Of a stretch of 32,000 nt of DNA, positions 8,082 to 15,741 are shown one piece after another. The DNA lies in NCBI GenBank assembly GCA_016700135.1, contig CP065004.1, positions 1,230,001 through 1,262,000 on the forward strand, read 5' to 3'. The translations under genes were made by a program, and so were the position numbers. This stretch comes from Candidatus Saccharimonadota bacterium. GTDB taxonomy: Bacteria > Patescibacteriota > Microgenomatia > UBA1406 > GWC2-37-13. The notes under the pieces were generated by a model. The model had not been told where the DNA came from, ran no database searches, and saw nothing but the letters and a program-made list of their open reading frames with translations. How positions within the stretch are numbered: the first letter of the stretch is position 1; each line of letters begins with the position of its first letter.

Positions 8082-8930
8082 ATGTCCCCATCCAATCTCA
8101 AACATGCCGTCACAGAAGGGTTGAAACTGGCAAAAGGAAGTTTTGTCATATTCCTCATATACTATTTCTTCAATGTCCTTATTTATGTTCATAGTACAGA
8201 ATTCCCCGAATACCTGAAGTATGCGTTATTTTATCTTCCCGTCTATATCGGTTTCGTGTGTTCCGTTCCGTCACTGCTTGATGCAATAAGAAAAAGCAAA
8301 CTGACCGCCGGACGATTACTCAAAGATACTCTGACTTCCTTGTGGAGACTTATTATACCGATGAGCGTTTTTGTATTTCTCATTGTCGCACCGATTGTGT
8401 ATCTCTACGAAAATAATCCGGCAATGCTGCGGAACTTTTTACTTGATGTACAGAAACAGCAGTCAGATTTTGCAATAACTGATTATCTAAGCTCTGCAAT
8501 CATCCTTTCCCTTTTTAGTTTCACGACCTGTTTCTTTTCTTTGGAAAAACGGAATGTTATTTCCGCTGTCTTTAGGAGTATCGGAGTAACAATACAAAAT
8601 CCTTTTTACCTTTTAATTTTAGTATTTGTTTCGTTTATCGAGATAATCATACGAAATGAACTCGAATTTGACACGCTCATCGGTAATATCCTTTTTGCAA
8701 TTCCGACAACATATCTTGTTGTAGTCATTGCATCTTCGAATGTTGTATATTTCCGTGAAGTGATACAAAAACCGTCTGAATCCGAAGCTCCTTCGCAAAT
8801 CCCTATCATTCGATGGCTTCAGACATCTTCACCTTCGCGGAATATGGCTTTGGTCCTTTTTGTACTGGTACTGTTTTACTTCCTTTCTGTTAACGCAACG
8901 GGCACGGTACCCCCAGGTATCGGAGAATGA
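8082..8930 (+). CDS. Polytopic membrane protein, unknown family
   Basis: About six hydrophobic segments. The ORF opens with TTG at 8067, directly after the upstream stop. The first in-frame ATG is at 8082, so the start is ambiguous. Confidence 0.55.
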   Translation: MSPSNLKHAVTEGLKLAKGSFVIFLIYYFFNVLIYVHSTEFPEYLKYALFYLPVYIGFVCSVPSLLDAIRKSKLTAGRLLKDTLTSLWRLIIPMSVFVFLIVAPIVYLYENNPAMLRNFLLDVQKQQSDFAITDYLSSAIILSLFSFTTCFFSLEKRNVISAVFRSIGVTIQNPFYLLILVFVSFIEIIIRNELEFDTLIGNILFAIPTTYLVVVIASSNVVYFREVIQKPSESEAPSQIPIIRWLQTSSPSRNMALVLFVLVLFYFLSVNATGTVPPGIGE

Positions 8931-8937
8931 TGAAGAT

Positions 8938-9402
8938 TTAAAGCAGCATCGCGACGACTACAAGAAGGATTCCTCCAGCCACAGCAGGAACATAATCAAA
9001 AACACCAGCCACGGGGAGATTCGTGACGGGTGTCGGTGTAGCTGTGACACCAGTTTCAGGAAGCTCAGTCGGTCCGGCAGTTGGGCTCATCAGTAAATCA
9101 ATAGTCGGAGTCGCACTCACAGCAGCACCTGTCGGTGTCACGGTCGGACTGGTACTTTGATACGGAATAGTCGGAGACGGTGAAGGAGAAGGACTCGACC
9201 CTGCCTGAGCCAGGAGGGGGTCTTCGTCAAGCGGATCATCCAGCAAAGGGTCATCTTCAGAAGCCTGACTATTGAGGAGTACCAAAGGATTGCTTCCATC
9301 CTGAATGAGATATACCAGATATCCGCCCGCAGCAACCAGTACCACTATTACAATAATCAAAATAGCAGATTTTGCATCCATTTGTTTCCCCATAGATTTC
9401 AT
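8938..9402 (-). CDS. Small Pro/Ser/Thr-rich envelope protein with an N-terminal TM and C-terminal LPETG / LPVAG sortase-like signals
   Basis: Features in order: N-terminal anchor AILIIVIVVLVAAGGYLVYLI, an acidic DDPLLDDPLDEDPLL stretch, SPSPSPSP and TPT low complexity, then ELPETG...NLPVAG followed by the hydrophobic end GGILLVVVAMLL. The track start at 9468 is TTG and overlaps mraY; the first ATG is at 9402. Confidence 0.55.
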   Translation of the reverse strand: MKSMGKQMDAKSAILIIVIVVLVAAGGYLVYLIQDGSNPLVLLNSQASEDDPLLDDPLDEDPLLAQAGSSPSPSPSPTIPYQSTSPTVTPTGAAVSATPTIDLLMSPTAGPTELPETGVTATPTPVTNLPVAGVFDYVPAVAGGILLVVVAMLL

Positions 9403-9451
9403 TGTAGTATGGATCGTTCGGAGTTGCAACGTGATCGGATATACCCGTATA

Positions 9452-10489
9452 TCACTTGAGGAAGGCAAGCATCAATCCGACAAGGGCAAACACGATGGAA
9501 AAAAGCCAGAATCGGAGAACGATTTTGGGCTCTTCCCATCCCAAGTATTGCAGAAGCAGATGAAGAGGTGCCGCGGGAAATACTTTCTTTTTGCGATACC
9601 GTTTACTCAGAAGCTGCACGAGCGAACTGAGGATTTCGAAGAAAAATACTCCTCCGATTATCGGAAGGGCAAATGCTTTCCCGAGAAGCAAACCGATCAC
9701 GGCAAACATAGCTCCGAACGATAATGCTCCCGTATCTCCCAAAAAAATACGTGCCGGATATATGTTGAAGTACAGGAACGCAATTAGTCCTCCCACCCAC
9801 ACGGCAATAAAGACGGAAAGAGGTACGTCAATAATAGTCCGTGCAACGGCCCAGAAGCTAAACAGTGCTATCATCAGTACTCCCGAAGCCAGACCGTCAA
9901 GCCCATCTGTGATATTGACTGCATTGGCAAAAGCGACAATTACGAAGGTTGAGAACAAGATATAGAAATAAGAAAAATCAAATACCCCGAAAAAAGGAAT
10001 ATGAATAATGCTAATACCGAGCATATTGTGAAGTGCTACGGAGATAATCAGTGCAAGGATGATCTCAATAATGAGTTTCAATCTCAATCTCATTCCGAAA
10101 AAATGTTTTTTCTCCCAGAAAAAGATTTTATTTAAGTCGTCATATATCCCCAACAGCCCGAAACTCACAAACGTAAACAGGATAATTGCCATTTCCCAAA
10201 CAATCGAAGGATAGTTCGAGTGCGTGTATATTCCGAAAAATTTGAAACTGCCCAGAAAAAATAACGTGAGAATTGTCGTAACGGCGATAACAAGGATCCC
10301 TCCACCCACCGGCGTACCGCTTTTATGCTGGTGAAATTTGTCAAAAATCGGAGTCGGCTTATTAAAAGCATCCAATGTCTGCTGCTTCGCCCGCTGAAAT
10401 TTTTTTACATACAGAAAATTAATAAACGGAATTATCAGGACAAAATGGATGATAAGGGAGATAATCGTAATGTAGAGATACAGCGCCAT
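9452..10489 (-). CDS. mraY: Phospho-N-acetylmuramoyl-pentapeptide transferase
   Basis: Polytopic membrane protein with the NAVNITDGLDGLA signature and a DDLNK motif. 345 aa. Confidence 0.9.
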   Translation of the reverse strand: MALYLYITIISLIIHFVLIIPFINFLYVKKFQRAKQQTLDAFNKPTPIFDKFHQHKSGTPVGGGILVIAVTTILTLFFLGSFKFFGIYTHSNYPSIVWEMAIILFTFVSFGLLGIYDDLNKIFFWEKKHFFGMRLRLKLIIEIILALIISVALHNMLGISIIHIPFFGVFDFSYFYILFSTFVIVAFANAVNITDGLDGLASGVLMIALFSFWAVARTIIDVPLSVFIAVWVGGLIAFLYFNIYPARIFLGDTGALSFGAMFAVIGLLLGKAFALPIIGGVFFFEILSSLVQLLSKRYRKKKVFPAAPLHLLLQYLGWEEPKIVLRFWLFSIVFALVGLMLAFLK

Positions 10490-10492
10490 AAA

Positions 10493-10864
10493 TCAGATAA
10501 GAGTGTTTAATAACAATAACAGCTTCGGTACAAATATCATAGACGCCCCGACCGCCGCTCCGATTGAATAAATGAGCATCGCTGCTGCCGATACATCTTT
10601 TGCGATCTTAATATTTTCATTGTAATTGAGATCGACGGCATCACCTACTTTTTCTATCGCAGTATTGAAGGTCTCAATGATAAGTCCGAGCATTGAAAGC
10701 GAAAGTATGATCAGCCATTCATGATACTTTATGTCCAGAAAGAATCCTACTGCAACCGACAAAAAAATGAAGAAAAAATGTGCACGATAATTGTGTTGTG
10801 TCCGGACAGCCCAGATAAGTCCGTCCAGGGCATGTCCGATTGAGTCTGCGTGTTTCCTTATCAT
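10493..10864 (-). CDS. dgkA: DgkA-family lipid kinase (diacylglycerol/undecaprenol kinase)
   Basis: 123 aa with three TM segments. ETFNTAIEKVGD and KDVSAAAML align with the prokaryotic DAGK signature E-x-x-N-[ST]-A-I-E. Its ATG overlaps the yvcK stop by 4 nt (ATGA). Confidence 0.8.
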   Translation of the reverse strand: MIRKHADSIGHALDGLIWAVRTQHNYRAHFFFIFLSVAVGFFLDIKYHEWLIILSLSMLGLIIETFNTAIEKVGDAVDLNYNENIKIAKDVSAAAMLIYSIGAAVGASMIFVPKLLLLLNTLI

Positions 10865-11847
10865 GCTGCTTGTTGTGGTTTGATAATATCCATTATGATC
10901 GGAGTCAGTTTTTTGGTGTCATGTCGCAAAATGCTTCGCGTCAGTTCATCCGATGTGCTTTTTGTAATATGACTCCTGCTAATGATATCTTCTTCAATTA
11001 TAGTACCTTGAAATCCGTTTTCGTTGAGATTATTCAAAACAGGAGATTCTTCATGGGATTCATACCATGAAAGGATGGGTGCGGGAATCTCTCCGTTGTT
11101 TGCAACGACATAATCCGGTTGTCGGCCGATATACTGTTCGAAATCATGAATGAAGTCGTTTGCAGTGTATCCCGTGGTTTGACCCGCTTTGGTCATCAAA
11201 TTCAGGTTGTAAATAATTTTCGCTTTTGATTTCTTCATCTCTTCACGAAGATTATCTACGAGAAGCACCGGAATAATACTGGTATACAAATCCCCGGGTC
11301 CGATAATGATGTAGTCAGATTCACGTATGCGCGACACGGCATCGGGATTTACGGCTGCTTCCGGCTCAAGATACGCACGTTTGATGCGAGACCGTTCCGG
11401 GTTGTCTTCATCGATATTCCCCTCCCCCTTTATAACGGTGCCGTTTTCGTATTCGACACAAAGATGAGTTTTTTCAAAGGTAACGGGAATGACTTTCCCT
11501 TTGGTATTCAGTACATAGCTCGCAGTCTCGATCACCGTGTTGTAGTCATCGCATACTTTTTCTAAAGCTGACAGGAAAATATTGCCGAAATTGTGGCCTT
11601 TCAGGTCACCGTTCTCAAACCGGTATAAAAACAGCTTTCTCCAAAGATCAGTGGAATCAGAAAGGGCAACCATACACTGCCTCAGATCTCCGGGAGGAAG
11701 TACTCCCAACTGGTCGCGCAGCCGTCCGGTCGAACCGCCCGAATCCATCATGGTGACAATAGCGGCAAGATCAAGTTCATGCTTTTTCAATCCGGAAAGA
11801 ACGACAAATGTTCCCGTGCCGCCTCCGATTACAGTTACTTTTTTCAT
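10861..11847 (-). CDS. yvcK: YvcK/CofD-family (UPF0052) protein
   Basis: N-terminal VIGGGTGTFVVLSGLK followed by MMDSGGSTGRLRD, which is typical of the YvcK gluconeogenesis-factor / 2-phospho-L-lactate transferase family. Confidence 0.75.
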   Translation of the reverse strand: MKKVTVIGGGTGTFVVLSGLKKHELDLAAIVTMMDSGGSTGRLRDQLGVLPPGDLRQCMVALSDSTDLWRKLFLYRFENGDLKGHNFGNIFLSALEKVCDDYNTVIETASYVLNTKGKVIPVTFEKTHLCVEYENGTVIKGEGNIDEDNPERSRIKRAYLEPEAAVNPDAVSRIRESDYIIIGPGDLYTSIIPVLLVDNLREEMKKSKAKIIYNLNLMTKAGQTTGYTANDFIHDFEQYIGRQPDYVVANNGEIPAPILSWYESHEESPVLNNLNENGFQGTIIEEDIISRSHITKSTSDELTRSILRHDTKKLTPIIMDIIKPQQAA

Positions 11848-12026
11848 TTTTTACTATATTGAATAATAATGCGAATAAGTTTTGAGGACTCATTACGCTT
11901 TTATAGGCTGTTTTGCTTTTGGTTTACCTGCTGATATACTACTATAGGAACCGAAAAGTGAGCTAAAAAAAAAGAGGATTAATTCCTCTCTTTACTCCTG
12001 TTATAATAAATTGTAACCTATTAACT

Positions 12027-13250
12027 ATGAAAAAACCACTTGTTGTTATCCTTGCAGGAGGGATAGGAACCTCTTTTAAACCACTTACTATAAACAAAAC
12101 TCTCATTCCGATTGCCGGTAAGCCTATGCTCCAGCATGTCATCGAGATGGTTGAGTCTGCGGGCTTCCACGAAGCTCTCATTATAACAAACCCCGAAAAT
12201 GAGGAGTGGCTTGCATCGTACCAGCCTTTTAACATTACGCTTCAAACAAACATCGTCAAACCGACCGGCATGGGAGATGCTCTTTTGCAGTCCGAACATG
12301 TCATCGGCAATCAGCCGGTTTTGATCATCAATGCATGTGACATTATAGACGGCATGTTCCTGAAAACGTTACTTCAGAAAACATACAATTCCTATGCATT
12401 CATCACCGGTCTTGAACTTGACACCTACTTTCCCGGCGGATACATCAAAATGGAAGGCACCCGGGCGACAGGACTGGTTGAAAAACCGGGAAAAGGGAAT
12501 GAACCGAGCAATCTTCTCAATCTTGTATTCCACTACTTTTCAGAGCCGCAGGACTTTTTCGGTTTTCTGAAAAAAACACCGACTTCAGATGATCAATACG
12601 AAAAAGCACTTCATGAACTTATGCAGCAGCGTCATATTGATGTCGTCCCTTATCACGGACCGTGGACAAAGCTGAAGTATTCCCATCACGTACTTGATAT
12701 GATGCAGGCACTTCTCGAACTCCGAACGAAAAACCATGTTGCAAGATCAGCTCATGTTTCCCCTCAGGCCGTCATTGAAGGAACAGTATATATTGATGAA
12801 GGAGCTCATATTGATGCCTACGCCGTCATCAAAGGTCCGGCATACATCGGACGTAATGCAAAAGTCGGGAATCATGCACTTGTCAGGCAATCCAGCATTG
12901 AAGAAGGTGCCATCGTGGGTTTCGGAAGTGAAGTAGCCAGAAGCTATATCGGCCCCAATTGCATGCTTCACCAGAATTTTGTCGGTGACTCCGTACTCGA
13001 ATCGGATATAAACCCGAGCTGGGGCACCACACTTGCCAACTGGAGGCTTGACCAGGGAGCAATCAAATTGAGATTGTCGGAGGAGACTATCGAGACTGAG
13101 AAAACCAAACTCGGTGCAGTGATTGCAAAAGGAGCTTTCATCGGCGTCAACTGTTCGGTCATGCCGGGCATCACAATCGGACGAAATGCAAAAATCTACC
13201 CCGGAACGGTAATAAAAGATCCTGTGAAAGACGATGAGACTTTGAAATGA
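12027..13250 (+). CDS. Bifunctional-type sugar-1-phosphate nucleotidyltransferase with a left-handed beta-helix acyltransferase domain (ST0452-like GlmU analogue)
   Basis: N-terminal LAGGIGTSFKPLT...IAGKPML nucleotidyltransferase signature. The C-terminal ~170 aa are hexapeptide repeats (VIEGTVYIDEGAHIDAYAVIKGPAYIGRNAKVGNHALV...FVGDSVL...GAVIAKGAFIGVNCSVMPGITIGRNAKIYPG). Length and layout resemble the archaeal ST0452 type as I recall it. Confidence 0.7.
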   Translation: MKKPLVVILAGGIGTSFKPLTINKTLIPIAGKPMLQHVIEMVESAGFHEALIITNPENEEWLASYQPFNITLQTNIVKPTGMGDALLQSEHVIGNQPVLIINACDIIDGMFLKTLLQKTYNSYAFITGLELDTYFPGGYIKMEGTRATGLVEKPGKGNEPSNLLNLVFHYFSEPQDFFGFLKKTPTSDDQYEKALHELMQQRHIDVVPYHGPWTKLKYSHHVLDMMQALLELRTKNHVARSAHVSPQAVIEGTVYIDEGAHIDAYAVIKGPAYIGRNAKVGNHALVRQSSIEEGAIVGFGSEVARSYIGPNCMLHQNFVGDSVLESDINPSWGTTLANWRLDQGAIKLRLSEETIETEKTKLGAVIAKGAFIGVNCSVMPGITIGRNAKIYPGTVIKDPVKDDETLK

Positions 13251-14570
13251 TTACAGTTTCTTGATATTGCCTCCCAAGCCGGAGATCTTTTCTACAAAAT
13301 CCTCATATCCCCTTTCAAGGTGATGGATTCCTTTGATATACGATTCTCCCTGTGCCATAAGAGCTGCAATTGCGAGTGTCGCACCGGCCCGAAGATCCGA
13401 GACTGTCATCACACCGCCGTGCAGTTTTTGCGGTCCCGTGATCTGAATTGTCTGCTGATACTCTTTTTCCGGGTCGTAGTTGAAGTGATAATGCGAACGA
13501 GGATCGTCAATTTCATAATCAATATATTCGATATGAGCTCCCAGTCTTCTCAGTTCTTCAACATAACTGAATCTGTTTTCAAAAATCCGTTCATGAATGA
13601 CTGATTTCCCTTGAGCCTGCGTCATCAGGATTGCCATGAGAGGCTGCCAGTCAGTGAGAAAACCCGGATGCGGTTCCGTCTCGACGGACATGGCATGAAC
13701 AGGTTTGTAATAAAATTTCCAGGTTCCGTCAGCGACCTTCTCCGCTCCTGCTCCCGCTTTTTGGATCGTATCAATGAATGTTTGGATGTAATGGTCTTCA
13801 ATTGAGGAAATCGTTACTTCTCCTTTGGTCACGATTCCGGCGACTGCATAGGTGATTGCCTCAACTCGGTCGGATGCAATAGTATACGGTTTTCCCTGAA
13901 CTAAGCGTTCCACACCTTCAATTTCGATATCAGCTGCTTTTCTCGCAATCTTCGCACCGCCTTCATTGAGAAGATGTATCAAATCATCAATCTCAGGTTC
14001 CTGTGCCGCATTTTTAATTGTTATTACCCCTTTACAGAACACGGACATCAGGATCATAAGCTCCGTACCTGTATGTGACGGCTTCGGGAAGGTATACTCT
14101 CCGTGAGGTTTTTCCGGCATGGCGGAATCATAATACCCGGTCGAAGAATCATACGAGACTGAGATACCCAGAGCTTTCAGCCCTTCAATCACCCGGTCGA
14201 TCGAACGGGCACCGAGACGGCAGCCTCCTGGATTGGGAATCTGTGCTTTTTGAAAACGATAGAGAAGCGGTGCAAAAAGCAAAAAGGAGACTCGGATTTT
14301 GGAAGCATGCAAAAGGTCAACTCTATTCTCGGTAATCTTTGAAGGATCTATCGTCACGGTATTGCCTTCAAAGGTCACATCCGCCCCGAGAAGCTTCAAC
14401 AGATGGATAAGCTCCTGAATATCATCAATTCGGGGAATATTGTGCAAAACGACTTTCCCCTCAAAAAGAAGCGCCGCAATAAGCACTTTCAATGCAATAT
14501 TTTTTGCTCCCGATAACTGTACTGTTCCCTGTAACGGTTGTCCTCCTTTGATGATATACGCATCTTCCAT
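13251..14570 (-). CDS. murA: UDP-N-acetylglucosamine 1-carboxyvinyltransferase
   Basis: MEDAYIIKGGQPLQGTVQLSGAKN N-terminus and catalytic-loop Cys in NPGGCRLGARSID. The track start at 14582 is TTG; an ATG at 14570 is used here. Confidence 0.9.
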   Translation of the reverse strand: MEDAYIIKGGQPLQGTVQLSGAKNIALKVLIAALLFEGKVVLHNIPRIDDIQELIHLLKLLGADVTFEGNTVTIDPSKITENRVDLLHASKIRVSFLLFAPLLYRFQKAQIPNPGGCRLGARSIDRVIEGLKALGISVSYDSSTGYYDSAMPEKPHGEYTFPKPSHTGTELMILMSVFCKGVITIKNAAQEPEIDDLIHLLNEGGAKIARKAADIEIEGVERLVQGKPYTIASDRVEAITYAVAGIVTKGEVTISSIEDHYIQTFIDTIQKAGAGAEKVADGTWKFYYKPVHAMSVETEPHPGFLTDWQPLMAILMTQAQGKSVIHERIFENRFSYVEELRRLGAHIEYIDYEIDDPRSHYHFNYDPEKEYQQTIQITGPQKLHGGVMTVSDLRAGATLAIAALMAQGESYIKGIHHLERGYEDFVEKISGLGGNIKKL

Positions 14571-14593
14571 AATAGTGTTCAATATATTAATTT

Positions 14594-14658
14594 GTCATCT
14601 CGACCGAAGTGGAGAGATCTCTTCCTGGAAGGGATTCCTCGACGTTGCTCGGAATGAC
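14594..14658. repeat. 65-nt imperfect palindrome between murB and murA (hairpin family member E)
   Basis: Arms gtcatctcgaccgaagtggagagatctcttcc / ggaagggattcctcgacgttgctcggaatgac. It shares the aatttgt lead-in and the gaagtgga core with modules in copies A, B and D. Confidence 0.6.
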
Positions 14659-14666
14659 TGAATATG

Positions 14667-15599
14667 TTAAATAATCTGTACTTCCTCCTTCAATTCGACA
14701 CCGAACTTTTCTTTTACCGTTTCTTTGATAAGCTGAAGAATTGAATTCAAATCTTCCGGTGTCCCGTCTCCTGTATTGATGACAAAATTTGCATGTTTGT
14801 CCGATACCACAAAGCCGCCGATACGTTTTCCTTTCAGACCGGCATGATCAATCAGATACCCTGCAGAGGTCGTCTGCAGATTATGTGATTCTTTCTCCTC
14901 CTGAGAAATATTCTGGAAAAAACAACCGCCCGTCGCAACACCGAACGGCTGGGTTTCCTTCCGGTATGCAAGCGCTTCCTGAGCTCTCATTTTCAAAACC
15001 GAAGAATCTTCTTTTCTTAATCTGAAAACACCTTCCAGAAAAATCTCCTTTGTATCCTGCAGCTTGCTGTAGTCATATGCAAATGAAAAATACTCTTTTT
15101 GTTCAGTACGGACATTTCCCTGCTTATTCATGATCGTCCCGGTGAGGAGCGTATCCCCGACATATGTCACCGGTTTTGTCCATTTAGAATTCATATATAT
15201 AGCTCCTCCTAATGTCCCGGGTAATCCTAAGTGATATTCAAACCCTGACCATCCGGATTCGGTTGTTTCTTTCACAACCAGACTCATGGGATAGCCTGAT
15301 GAAAAAAGGACATCGATATATTCATCAGTCTCGGAAATGACTTCCTTTCGCATATATCTGTTCCTCACAACCAGTCCCGGGATAACGTTCTTCAAAACGG
15401 CAATATTTGACCCGCCTCCGAGAATAAAAAGTGGAATATCATTCTCTAAAGTTACACGAGCGATTTCCCGCCATTCATCAATTGATGACGCCTCGATATA
15501 AAACTCAGCCCTAGTCTTCATTTTAAGGGTAAAGTACGGCGACAAATCAAAATCTTTTTTCAACCTGTCTCCGAATTGTTTTGTGAGTAGTTCTTCCAT
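14667..15599 (-). CDS. murB: UDP-N-acetylenolpyruvoylglucosamine reductase
   Basis: FAD-binding ILGGGSNIAV motif, 310 aa, positioned between murC and murA. Confidence 0.85.
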   Translation of the reverse strand: MEELLTKQFGDRLKKDFDLSPYFTLKMKTRAEFYIEASSIDEWREIARVTLENDIPLFILGGGSNIAVLKNVIPGLVVRNRYMRKEVISETDEYIDVLFSSGYPMSLVVKETTESGWSGFEYHLGLPGTLGGAIYMNSKWTKPVTYVGDTLLTGTIMNKQGNVRTEQKEYFSFAYDYSKLQDTKEIFLEGVFRLRKEDSSVLKMRAQEALAYRKETQPFGVATGGCFFQNISQEEKESHNLQTTSAGYLIDHAGLKGKRIGGFVVSDKHANFVINTGDGTPEDLNSILQLIKETVKEKFGVELKEEVQII

Positions 15600-15646
15600 T
15601 ATCTGCTGGATTAAAATAATTAATTTCTGGTATGAGCGCAGTAATT

Positions 15647-15711
15647 AAAATTTGTGCAGAGGTGGATGTTCGAGCTGACAAATTCAGGCGAGTTCACCTC
15701 TAACAAATTTT
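15647..15711. repeat. 65-nt imperfect palindrome between murC and murB (hairpin family member D)
   Basis: aaaatttgtgcagaggtggatgttcgagc-tgacaaattca-ggcgagttcacctctaacaaatttt. The ends and the trailing (c)gattac match module 1 of copies A and B. The loop-proximal attcaggcgag resembles attccggcgag of module 2. Confidence 0.65.
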
Positions 15712-15741
15712 CGATTACAAGCGAATAATTTTGAAAAACGA

